Source of the DNA: Patescibacteria group bacterium
GTDB taxonomy: Bacteria > Patescibacteriota > Patescibacteriia > Patescibacteriales > UBA12075
Direction: 5' to 3'
DNA: 43,773 nt
Assembly (NCBI GenBank): GCA_022705905.1
Contig: JAKJDO010000005.1
Coordinates: 1-43,773 of the forward strand
The number at the start of each line of letters is the position of its first letter. Position 1 is the first letter of the stretch. The position numbers were made by a program, and so were the translations under genes. Below, piece after piece: positions 17,982-26,359 of this stretch. Under the pieces are notes generated by a model. It ran no database searches. It had not been told where the DNA came from and saw nothing but the letters and a program-made list of their open reading frames with translations.

Positions 17982-18338
17982 ATGATTCGCATTAAACGTT
18001 TGTTTAAAAGTTTTATATACGCCTTCAAGGGTTTGAGGAAAGTTTTTATTGAGGAGCAGAATTTTCAGATCCAGTCCTTGGTGGCTTTTATAGTAATTGC
18101 TTTAGGTTTATTTTTTAGAATCAGCGCCATAGAATGGTGCATTATTCTTTTTACTATTAGCGCCGTATTGCTAATGGAACTGGCCAATAGCGCGGTGGAA
18201 CGGGTGACAGATGTTTTAAAGCCAAGGATTCATGACTACGTTAAAGAAATAAAGGACATAATGGCCGCGGCTGTATTTATCGCATCATTTTTTGCGGTTA
18301 TAATCGGTATTATTATCTTTTGGCCGTATATTTTTTAA
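17982..18338 (+). CDS. dgkA: DgkA-family diacylglycerol/undecaprenol kinase
   Basis: SFIYAFKGL, EEQNF, ELANSAVERVTD and KDIMAAAV motifs; three TM helices; the ybeY-dgkA order matches Firmicutes. Confidence 0.92.
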   Translation: MIRIKRLFKSFIYAFKGLRKVFIEEQNFQIQSLVAFIVIALGLFFRISAIEWCIILFTISAVLLMELANSAVERVTDVLKPRIHDYVKEIKDIMAAAVFIASFFAVIIGIIIFWPYIF

Positions 18339-18394
18339 CCATCTTTTCCTTTACTAGATAATTTAGTATAATAATGTTATAATAAACGGAGTGG

Positions 18395-18430
18395 AAAGTT
18401 TGTAAAGTTATAAAGTTTATAAAGTCATAA
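18395..18430 (+). repeat. Short 8-9-mer tandem repeat upstream of ftsA
   Basis: AAAGTTTGT AAAGTTAT AAAGTTTAT AAAGTCAT. Confidence 0.65.
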
Positions 18431-18470
18431 TCTGTTCACATTTTTTATTCACTTGATACATAGATAATTT

Positions 18471-19739
18471 ATGAAAGAGAATATAATAGCCGGACTTGAT
18501 ATCGGTTCCACAGCCGTCCGCTTAGTCGTTGGTCAGCAGGTTCGTGGCATGGGCGAGGACGATAATTTAAAAATCATTGGCGCTGTTAGCGCTCCGTCGG
18601 TCGGAATCAATAAGGGCGCGGTGAAAAGTATAGAAGACGTTACTTCTTCTATTTCGGCTTGCCTGGAAAAATGCGAGAGATTAGTCGGCGTACCGGTCGA
18701 AAGCGTTTGGGTCAGCTTAAATAGCCCTTATATAAAATGCGAAAAAAGTCGGGGTGTTGTAGCGGTCAGCAAAAGCGACGGCGAGGTCAGCCAGGACGAT
18801 ATTGAGAGAGCCCTAGAAGCCGCTCGGGCTTTATCAGTTCCGCCTAACTACGAAATTCTTCATGTCATTCCAATTAAATTTACCGTTGATAACCAGGAAG
18901 ACGTTAAAGATCCGATTGGCATGATTGGCGTTCGTCTTGAGGTGGAAACTTTAATTATTCAAGGTTTGTCAAGTCAAATTAAAAATTTAACTAAAGCTAT
19001 TTTTAGAACCGGTTTAGATATAGAAGATTTAGTGCTTTCGCCACTCGCGGCTGCTGAAGCGGTTATTGGTCCGAAGCAAAAAGAACTAGGCGCGGCTTTA
19101 GTAAATATTGGCGCCTCTACTACTAGCTTAGCAGTCTTTGAAGAAGGTGAATTATTGCATACTGCCGTTATCCCGATCGGCTCAGAGCATATCACCGCTG
19201 ATGTTGCCATCGGTCTGCGCTGTCCAATAAATTTAGCCGACAGAATTAAGATGGAATATGGCAGCGCTTTGCCGGACAGTTTTAGCAAGAAAGACGAAAT
19301 CGATATTTCCGAAATTGCCAAAGAAGAAGACGCCCAAGACGAATTGACGACTATTTCCCGTCGCTATTTAGCCGAGATTATTGAGGCGAGAGTAGAAGAA
19401 ATTTTTGAGAAAATTGACACTGAATTAAAAAAGATTGACCGCTCCGGAATGTTGCCAGGCGGCGTTTATCTAGTCGGCGGCGGCACCAGACTGCATGACA
19501 TTGTCGAAGTAGCTAAAAAGCAACTACGCCTGCCGGTTTGCTTAGGGGTCAACAAAAACATTTCTACTATTATTGATAAAGTAAACGAAACTGAATTTTT
19601 CAACGCTTTAGGCCTAGTCGTTTGGGGCAACCAGATGTACGGTGCCTCCGGCAAGGGCAATTTTAAACTTCCGGGAGGAAAAGCCTTAAATAATACTTGG
19701 CAAAAAGTAAAAGATATCTTTTCCGGCATGATTCCCTAG
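18471..19739 (+). CDS. ftsA: Cell division protein FtsA
   Basis: GLDIGST, GINKG, ILHVIP, GVRLEV, VNIGASTT, IGSEHITADVA and GGVYLVGGGT motifs. Confidence 0.97.
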   Translation: MKENIIAGLDIGSTAVRLVVGQQVRGMGEDDNLKIIGAVSAPSVGINKGAVKSIEDVTSSISACLEKCERLVGVPVESVWVSLNSPYIKCEKSRGVVAVSKSDGEVSQDDIERALEAARALSVPPNYEILHVIPIKFTVDNQEDVKDPIGMIGVRLEVETLIIQGLSSQIKNLTKAIFRTGLDIEDLVLSPLAAAEAVIGPKQKELGAALVNIGASTTSLAVFEEGELLHTAVIPIGSEHITADVAIGLRCPINLADRIKMEYGSALPDSFSKKDEIDISEIAKEEDAQDELTTISRRYLAEIIEARVEEIFEKIDTELKKIDRSGMLPGGVYLVGGGTRLHDIVEVAKKQLRLPVCLGVNKNISTIIDKVNETEFFNALGLVVWGNQMYGASGKGNFKLPGGKALNNTWQKVKDIFSGMIP

Positions 19740-19868
19740 GGTGTGCAAATAATTTATACACCCTTTTTGTATAAAGTATCCATACTTGATAAAAAATGCA
19801 AAATATAATAGAATAAGAATGTAGATTTATGATTTTAGAATTAAGAAGATAATCTAAAAATAAGCGGA

Positions 19869-19896
19869 TTCTTAATTCGTAATTCTTAATTCTTAA
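19869..19896 (+). repeat. Four heptamer repeats (TTCTTAA/TTCGTAA) in the ftsZ 5' region
   Basis: TTCTTAA TTCGTAA TTCTTAA TTCTTAA; the complementary GAATTAAGAA lies at 19838-19847. Confidence 0.75.
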
Positions 19897-19907
19897 CGCT
19901 AGTTTAT

Positions 19908-21092
19908 ATGGCTGAAGTAAAACCAGCAGCAGAAACATTCGCTAAAATAAAGGTAGTGGGAGTGGGCGGTTCCGGTGGAAGCGCCGTTAATCGTATGATT
20001 GATATGGGTATTAAAGGCGTTGAATTTATTGCGGTTAATACCGATGTCCAGGCCCTTCATTACAATAAAGCTTCTAGAAAACTGCATATCGGTAAATCCA
20101 TTACTCGCGGCTTAGGTGCGGGTATGAATCCGGAGTTAGGTCGTCAGGCAGCTGAAGAATCTCAGAATGAAGTACGTGATGCCTTGAAAGACGCTGATAT
20201 GGTTTTTGTCACTTGCGGTCTAGGCGGTGGTACTGGCACTGGTGCCGCACCAGTTGTCGCGGAAATCGCTCGCGACTTGGGCGCTTTAACCGTCGCAGTC
20301 GTCACTAAGCCGTTTGGTTTTGAAGGCGCGCAGAGAAGAAATATTGCTGATCGCGGTATGACCGACTTAGCTGATAAAGTAGACACCATTATCACCATTC
20401 CTAACGACAAATTATTACAAGTTATTGATAAAAAGACGTCGCTACTCGACGCCTTTATGATTGTAGACGAGATTTTACAACAAGGCGTGCGCGGCATCGC
20501 CGAACTAATAACCGTTCCGGGTTTGATTAACGTTGACTTTGCCGATGTCAAAGCGATTATGGCTAACGCCGGTTCGGCTTTGATGGGAATCGGTCAAGCC
20601 AGCGGTGAGAATAAAGCGATAGAAGCCGCTAAGACCGCTATTAATTCACCACTTCTCGAGATGTCAATCGAAGGTGCCCGCGGCATTCTCTTTACTATTA
20701 CCGGCGGTGTTAACTTAGGTATGAACGAAGTTAACGAAGCCGCGAAGATTATTACCGCCTCAGCCGACGAAGACGCTAAAATCATTTTCGGTACCGTTAT
20801 TGATGAGAAGATGAAAGACGAATTAAAGGTAACGGTCGTCGCCACCGGCTTCGGCAACCGCATTAGAAATAACGTTGACGCAGTTAATTTAGAAAACCGC
20901 TACACCCCCAATACTTTTATTTCCGAAAAAGAAACGGAAGATAAAAAAACGATTTCAGAAAAGAAAAAACCTAAAATATCCTCCCTAAAAGCAGCCCAAG
21001 CCATACCGGCCCAGAGAAAAGAAGCGGCCGCGCCGGAAGAAGAGGAAGATGAACTTGGTATCCCTGCATTTATTCGGAAGAAGATGATGTAG
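19908..21092 (+). CDS. ftsZ: Cell division protein FtsZ
   Basis: [25 protein letters not shown] (tubulin signature), NVDFADV and the C-terminal peptide [11 protein letters not shown]. Confidence 0.99.
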   Translation: MAEVKPAAETFAKIKVVGVGGSGGSAVNRMIDMGIKGVEFIAVNTDVQALHYNKASRKLHIGKSITRGLGAGMNPELGRQAAEESQNEVRDALKDADMVFVTCGLGGGTGTGAAPVVAEIARDLGALTVAVVTKPFGFEGAQRRNIADRGMTDLADKVDTIITIPNDKLLQVIDKKTSLLDAFMIVDEILQQGVRGIAELITVPGLINVDFADVKAIMANAGSALMGIGQASGENKAIEAAKTAINSPLLEMSIEGARGILFTITGGVNLGMNEVNEAAKIITASADEDAKIIFGTVIDEKMKDELKVTVVATGFGNRIRNNVDAVNLENRYTPNTFISEKETEDKKTISEKKKPKISSLKAAQAIPAQRKEAAAPEEEEDELGIPAFIRKKMM

Positions 21093-21146
21093 TCCTGCGC
21101 CAAGGCTTCGGACTATAAATAAGATAAACAAATAATGATTCAAATA

Positions 21147-21176
21147 AAAAAGGCTGCAAGGGATTGCAGTCTTTTT
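21147..21176 (+). terminator. Intrinsic terminator after ftsZ
   Basis: AAAAAGGCTGCAA / TTGCAGTCTTTTT hairpin. Confidence 0.75.
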
Positions 21177-21273
21177 GACAACAAATAAGGTTCAGATATA
21201 TTGATTAATAAACTAAATTTATGAAAAATTTTTATTTCCAGTGGTTTGGTGACAGACCTTACAATTTAGTTGA

Positions 21274-21564
21274 ATGGGTGAAAAAAATTGGTTTAATTTT
21301 TTTATCATGGCAGCAGTTTTTATAGCAATATTTGGTTGGTTCTGCTGGGAGGAATGTAGGCCAGTGAGCATTAGAAAAGACTGTGCCAAGGAAGCAAGGC
21401 AAAAGAATGTCTGCACAATACTTGCTAACACAAGATCATTAGAGACGAAGGTGGTTCCGTGTTCTTCGAGGAATCAGCTTGATTATGTGATAAACGAAAG
21501 AATTTACGATCAATGTTTAAAGCGCACAAAGGGTATGCAAATTAAATTTTTATGCATTTTATAA
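21274..21564 (+). CDS. Hypothetical single-TM protein with Cys residues
   Basis: 96-aa ORF with one hydrophobic helix followed by RPVSIRKDC..YDQCL. Confidence 0.55.
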   Translation: MGEKNWFNFFIMAAVFIAIFGWFCWEECRPVSIRKDCAKEARQKNVCTILANTRSLETKVVPCSSRNQLDYVINERIYDQCLKRTKGMQIKFLCIL

Positions 21565-21800
21565 ATGAAAAGTACAATTCTTTTTTAAAGAGGCATCCTA
21601 TGTTGAAATTGATTATTGTCGTTTTTTTGTTTATTGTTATTATTGCCGTAGATTTTTATAGCTCTGTTTTGGATGGGGGGATAACTCGGAACAATATTAT
21701 TTTACTTCTCATTTTTACCCTTTTCGTAGCCTTTATGAATTGGAGCGAAGAAGAAAATTGCGATGACGAGAGTGAGGATGAAGATGAGATTGGCGATTGA
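21552..21800 (+). CDS. Hypothetical two-TM protein with acidic tail
   Basis: Two hydrophobic helices and an EEENCDDESEDEDE tail; overlaps the previous ORF by 13 nt. Confidence 0.55.
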   Translation: MHFINEKYNSFLKRHPMLKLIIVVFLFIVIIAVDFYSSVLDGGITRNNIILLLIFTLFVAFMNWSEEENCDDESEDEDEIGD

Positions 21801-21865
21801 TTAATTAGTCACATCCGATCAGCGATTGTTAGATATATTAAATATGAATTTATTAAATAAAATAT

Positions 21866-22189
21866 ATGATTGAATTGTTTAATACTCCTGTTAGTTCTTG
21901 GATTATTATAGTTCTAACTATCACCTATACTGTCACTTCCGCAATAACTACTTTTGACATTAGGTTAATACAAGCGAAAAAAAGTGGTGCTCTGCACCCA
22001 GACGAACCAATGTTACCAGGCTGGGTCGGTATTATAGCATGGTTTCACTGGGGAATTTTTATTTCAATTGTTTTGTTGAATTGGAAGTATGCGATTTTAG
22101 TTTTTGTAATAAAGTTTATTTTAAAAGTTTTGCCTGTTCTTGAAATTTTAGGAAATATTTTAATGTCTCCCTTTAAAATTAAAAAATAG
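21866..22189 (+). CDS. Hypothetical membrane protein
   Basis: 107-aa ORF with about three hydrophobic segments. Confidence 0.6.
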   Translation: MIELFNTPVSSWIIIVLTITYTVTSAITTFDIRLIQAKKSGALHPDEPMLPGWVGIIAWFHWGIFISIVLLNWKYAILVFVIKFILKVLPVLEILGNILMSPFKIKK

Positions 22190-22277
22190 CAGATAATAAT
22201 TTAAGAAGAATGGATGCTCACCATTCGTTTATTAGCAAAAAGAGATATCTAGACTAACATTTTTTAATATATTGTAT

Positions 22278-22306
22278 AAAAAGCGTCAAAAGGTTGACGT
22301 TTTTTT
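22278..22306 (+). terminator. Intrinsic terminator
   Basis: AAAAAGCGTCAA / TTGACGTTTTTT hairpin with U tract. Confidence 0.7.
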
Positions 22307-22453
22307 GTTGGTTTTTTGGAGTGGGGAATTTCTAAAAAGTTATCCACTGTTTTACGATTTTTCTTGATAAAAAAGGGGTTGTCTTTTACATAAAAAATGT
22401 TATTCTAATAATGTATTAAAAAATTAATTTAAAATAAGCGAAACCTCGAGGTC

Positions 22454-22508
22454 TTGACATTACTATATATAGTGGTATAATAGAAGTATGCTATACTAGA
22501 TGTTGTAT
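22454..22508 (+). promoter_or_regulatory. nrdR-nrdD-nrdG promoter overlapped by two NrdR boxes
   Basis: TTGACA (22454)-16 bp-TATAAT (22476), with a TG extension. Box 1 ttaCTATATATAGtgg (22460-22475) fills the spacer; box 2 ataCTAGATGTTGtat (22493-22508) lies 33 bp downstream. Both fit the acaCwAtATaTwGtgt consensus. Confidence 0.8.
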
Positions 22509-22669
22509 TATACCATCAGAGCGGCGCTGAAAGTAGCGCAAAACACCTTTATTTGGCCCCTTCTACACCCTTATGCTACGTGTAATGAAATGAATAGGTG
22601 TTTTTTTATTTGTCAGGGCAAATTTAGCCCCTAAATGCGGTTTTAAACCGTAAATAGTACTCTAAAGCT

Positions 22670-23140
22670 ATGAAATGTCCGGTTTGCCATTATCAAGACA
22701 CTAAAGTAGTGGATTCGCGCGTGGCTACAGACGGCTCGTCTATTAGAAGGCGACGAGAATGTCTAAAGTGCGGCTTTCGTTTTTCAACTTATGAGGAGAT
22801 AGAAATACTGGATTTAACCGTTATTAAGCGAGACGGCAGTAAGGAAGTTTATGATAAGGATAAATTAGTGCGAGGATTAAAGAAGGCTTTAGAAAAAAGA
22901 CCGATTACTGAGGAAAAATTTAAGCAATTAGTCAATTCCGTAGAAAGAGATATTCAGGCCTTGCGTAAAAACGAGATTACTTCCAACCAAATTGGCCAGA
23001 TCGTGATGAAATACTTAAGGAAGGTGGATCAGGTGGCCTATATCCGTTTTGCCAGCGTTTATCAGTCTTTCAAGGATTTGCAGACTTTTCAAAAGGAATT
23101 GGATAAGCTAACTGCCGGGAAGAAAAAAGCTAAAAAATAA
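22670..23140 (+). CDS. nrdR: Transcriptional repressor NrdR
   Basis: MKCPVC..TKVVDSR..IRRRRECLKCGFRFSTYE zinc ribbon + ATP cone + DQVAYIRFASVY. Confidence 0.98.
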   Translation: MKCPVCHYQDTKVVDSRVATDGSSIRRRRECLKCGFRFSTYEEIEILDLTVIKRDGSKEVYDKDKLVRGLKKALEKRPITEEKFKQLVNSVERDIQALRKNEITSNQIGQIVMKYLRKVDQVAYIRFASVYQSFKDLQTFQKELDKLTAGKKKAKK

Positions 23141-23159
23141 AATTTTATATAAAAAACCC

Positions 23160-25274
23160 ATGCCCCAAGAAAAGATAACTCAAATTAGAAAAAGAAATGG
23201 TCAGATCACTGATTTTAATCAGGAAAAGATCACTACCGCTATTTACAAGGCAACGGAAGCGATAGGTAAGGCTGATAAATACTTAGCCGCCAAGCTGAGT
23301 GAGCAGGTCGTAGAAGCGTTAAACGAAAAATTCCATGCTCGCAGCATTCCGGCCGTAGAAGAAATTCAGGATATAGTTGAAGAAGTTTTAATCGTTAATA
23401 AACAGATTAAAACCGCCAAGTCATATATCCTTTATCGTGACAACCGCGCCCGTTTACGCGAAATGGAATCCATGATTAATTCTAACGATATCATGGAAGA
23501 TTATTTGAAACAGTCGGATTGGCGAGTCAAGGAAAATTCTAACATGAGTTTTAGTTTACAGGGTTTAAATAATCACCTAGCTTCAATAATCTCTTCTAAT
23601 TATTGGTTGAATAAAGTTTATACCGCTAATATCCGTGACGCTCATCATAACGGTGATTTGCACATTCATGATTTACAGCTTCTTGCGCCCTATTGCGCCG
23701 GCTGGGATTTAAAAGATTTATTAATGCGCGGTTTTGGCGGCGTTAGTGGTAAGATCGATTCAAAACCACCAAAGCATTTCCGTACCGCCCTTGGTCAAAT
23801 TATTAATTTTTTCTATACACTACAAGGAGAAGTAGCCGGCGCCGAAGCTTTTTCCAGCTTTGATACTTATTTGGCGCCCTTTATTCGTTATGACAATTTA
23901 ACCTATAAAGAAGTTAAACAATGTATTCAGGAATTTTTATTCAATATTAACGTGCCGACCCGCGTTGGCTTCCAAACCCCCTTTACCAACATTACGATGG
24001 ACTTAGTTCCGCCTTCAATTATTGCCAATGAAAATGTTATTATTGGCGGCGAAGTCAAAGCAGAAAAATATAAAGATTTCCAAAAAGAAATGGATGTTTT
24101 AAATACCGCTTTTGCCGAAGCGATGATGGACGGCGACGCTAAGGGCAGAGTTTTTACTTTTCCAATTCCAACCTATAATATTACGCGCGAATTTGATTGG
24201 GATTCGCCAGTGGCGGCTAAAGTTTTTGAAATGACCGCTAAATACGGCATCCCTTATTTTTCTAATTTTGTTAATTCAGAAATGAAACCGGAAGACGCTC
24301 GTTCTATGTGCTGCCGCTTACGCCTCGATAATAGAGAATTACGAAGACGGGGTGGCGGTCTTTTTGGCGCCAATCCCTTAACTGGTTCAATTGGCGTCGT
24401 GACTTTAAATTTACCGCGCATTGGCTATTTATCAAAAACTAAAGAAGAATTTTTTGAGCGTTTAAATAATTTTATGCAGATTGCTAAGGAAAGCTTGGAA
24501 ACTAAACGTTTGATGCTTGAGAATTTTACGGAGAGCGGTCTTTATCCCTACGCTGCGCACTATCTTTCCAGTGTCAAGGAAAGATTCGGGCGCTATTGGC
24601 AAAATCATTTTTCAACTATCGGCATTATCGGCATGAATGAAGCACTTTTGAATTTTGAGCCAGTGCGCCGCAGCATTGCTGAGCCAGAAGGCAGGAAGTT
24701 TGCTTTGGAGGTTTTAGATTTTATGCGCGAACGCATCATGGATTTTCAAAACACCACTAACAACCTGTATAATTTAGAAGCTACGCCAGCTGAAGGCACA
24801 ACTAGACGGTTGTCTCGTATCGACAAAGATAAATATCCGGATATTATCGTGGCTAACGACGAAGCGGTTAAATCGGGCAAGGCTTCGCCATATTATACTA
24901 ACTCCACTCATTTGCCGGTTAATTATACTGATGATATTTTTGAAGCCTTAGATTTACAAGATGATATCCAGACGAAATATACTGGCGGCACGGTACTGCA
25001 TACTTATTTAGGCGAGGCTTTGCCTTCAGCCGAAGCCGTTAAGAATTTAATCAGAAAGATAGCTTACAATTACCATTTGCCATATTTTACTTTAACTCCG
25101 ACTTTTTCTATCTGTCCGAAACACGGCTATCTGTCAGGTGAACATCATTATTGTCCCAAATGCGATGAAGAATTGGGAATTGTTAAAAAAGATGAATTGC
25201 TCGCCGTTGCCGAAGAAATAGCTGAGCACGAGATGGTTGATACGGAAAGAGAAATAATTAAAGCCCTAGCTTAA
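23160..25274 (+). CDS. nrdD: Anaerobic (class III) ribonucleoside-triphosphate reductase, large part (ATP cone + catalytic barrel + Zn site), lacking the glycyl-radical segment
   Basis: N-terminal ATP cone (IRKRNG..FNQEKI), WRVKENSN, HIHDL, FTFPIPTYN, SMCCRL, GSIGVVTLN, LEATPAE, YTGGTV and CPKHG..YCPKC; there is no RxxGY motif before the TAA. Confidence 0.93.
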   Translation: MPQEKITQIRKRNGQITDFNQEKITTAIYKATEAIGKADKYLAAKLSEQVVEALNEKFHARSIPAVEEIQDIVEEVLIVNKQIKTAKSYILYRDNRARLREMESMINSNDIMEDYLKQSDWRVKENSNMSFSLQGLNNHLASIISSNYWLNKVYTANIRDAHHNGDLHIHDLQLLAPYCAGWDLKDLLMRGFGGVSGKIDSKPPKHFRTALGQIINFFYTLQGEVAGAEAFSSFDTYLAPFIRYDNLTYKEVKQCIQEFLFNINVPTRVGFQTPFTNITMDLVPPSIIANENVIIGGEVKAEKYKDFQKEMDVLNTAFAEAMMDGDAKGRVFTFPIPTYNITREFDWDSPVAAKVFEMTAKYGIPYFSNFVNSEMKPEDARSMCCRLRLDNRELRRRGGGLFGANPLTGSIGVVTLNLPRIGYLSKTKEEFFERLNNFMQIAKESLETKRLMLENFTESGLYPYAAHYLSSVKERFGRYWQNHFSTIGIIGMNEALLNFEPVRRSIAEPEGRKFALEVLDFMRERIMDFQNTTNNLYNLEATPAEGTTRRLSRIDKDKYPDIIVANDEAVKSGKASPYYTNSTHLPVNYTDDIFEALDLQDDIQTKYTGGTVLHTYLGEALPSAEAVKNLIRKIAYNYHLPYFTLTPTFSICPKHGYLSGEHHYCPKCDEELGIVKKDELLAVAEEIAEHEMVDTEREIIKALA

Positions 25275-25311
25275 TAAATTATTCGATATAGTATAAATAA
25301 AAATAAAAAAT

Positions 25312-25452
25312 ATGAGCCCTATTGAAGCCAAAAGAGTACCGTGCGAAGTTTATAGCCGAGTCAATGGTTATTTGCGCCCGGTAAAACAATGGAATGACGC
25401 AAAAGCGGCGGAGTTCGAAAATCGTAAATGTTTTAAGCTGAAAGAAGCTTAA
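25312..25452 (+). CDS. Stand-alone NrdD glycyl-radical domain (46 aa)
   Basis: Manual translation: MSPIEAKRVPCEVYSRVNGYLRPVKQWNDAKAAEFENRKCFKLKEA*. It matches the NrdD C-terminal CEVYSRxxGYLRP..WN..K..EF..R pattern and is below the ORF-track length cutoff. Confidence 0.88.
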   Translation: MSPIEAKRVPCEVYSRVNGYLRPVKQWNDAKAAEFENRKCFKLKEA

Positions 25453-25528
25453 TACGAGGGGGATTTTTAAGAGTTTTTGGGAATCCCAATAGTTTTTCTT
25501 AGAAGTCCCAAACTAACTTAAAAATTCC

Positions 25529-26272
25529 ATGCTAATTGGCGGTTTACAAAAATTTAGTCTTTTAGATTATCCCGGTCACGTTACAGCTATCGTCTTTACT
25601 CAAGGATGCAATTTTCGCTGCCAATTTTGCTACAACCCTATGCTTGTCTGGCCCCCTGAGGTTGGCAAGTTAAAAAATAGTTTTTCGTCAAAAAACGAAG
25701 GAATCAAGAAGGGCCACCCTTTGATAAAGGAGGGTGACCTTTTTGATTTTTTAAAAAGCAGGATGGGTAAACTTGATGGCGTCGTTGTCAGTGGCGGTGA
25801 ACCGACCATTCAGCGCGATTTACCAGAATTTTTAGCCAAAATAAAAGAGTTGGGTTTTAAAATTAAGCTGGATACTAACGGCACGAGCCCCAATATGCTT
25901 AAAAAAGTACTGGCTAAAAAATTAGTTGATTACATCGCCATGGATATTAAAGCGCCGGCAGAAAAATACGAAAAAGTGACTGGCGTAAAGTCAAATTTTT
26001 CAAAAATCAAAGAAAGTATTAAAATAATAAGAGAAAGCGGCCTGCCATATGAGTTTCGCAGTACAACAGTGCCGGGCCTGCATTCAGCTGAAGATATTAG
26101 AAAGATGGGAGAGTTAATTAGGGGCGCGGATAAGTGGTTTTTGCAAATTTTAAAATCAAACACCGATTTAATAAATATCGAATTAGAGAAGGTCAAGCCA
26201 TATACTAAAAAAGAGATGGAAGAATTTAAAAAAATTGGATTAAAATTAGTGAAAGAGTGCAGGGTGAGATAA
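25529..26272 (+). CDS. nrdG: Anaerobic RNR activase (radical SAM)
   Basis: IGGLQKFSLLDYPG, FTQGCNFRCQFCYN (CxxxCxxC), SGGEPT, KLDTNGT, DYIAMDIK and YEFRST motifs. Confidence 0.93.
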   Translation: MLIGGLQKFSLLDYPGHVTAIVFTQGCNFRCQFCYNPMLVWPPEVGKLKNSFSSKNEGIKKGHPLIKEGDLFDFLKSRMGKLDGVVVSGGEPTIQRDLPEFLAKIKELGFKIKLDTNGTSPNMLKKVLAKKLVDYIAMDIKAPAEKYEKVTGVKSNFSKIKESIKIIRESGLPYEFRSTTVPGLHSAEDIRKMGELIRGADKWFLQILKSNTDLINIELEKVKPYTKKEMEEFKKIGLKLVKECRVR

Positions 26273-26285
26273 AAATTAATTTTTA

Positions 26286-26357
26286 TATTGTCATTCCCGC
26301 CGGTCCGCCAGCAGACAAGCGGAAGCGAGGGTTCCCGCCTGGGATGACACAAAAAAT
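26286..26357. repeat. REP-like palindromic element, copy 2
   Basis: TGTCATTCCC ... GGGATGACA terminal inverted repeat with an inner CCGC..GCGG stem; shares ATATTGTC at the left end and the 17-mer GGGATGACACAAAAAAT with the copy at 3213. Confidence 0.7.
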
Positions 26358-26359
26358 TT

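Noticed and set aside
22319-22350. DnaA-box-like TTATCCAC (also a one-mismatch copy near 8085-8093) as oriC
   Set aside because: Isolated imperfect boxes with no cluster and no dnaA/dnaN nearby.
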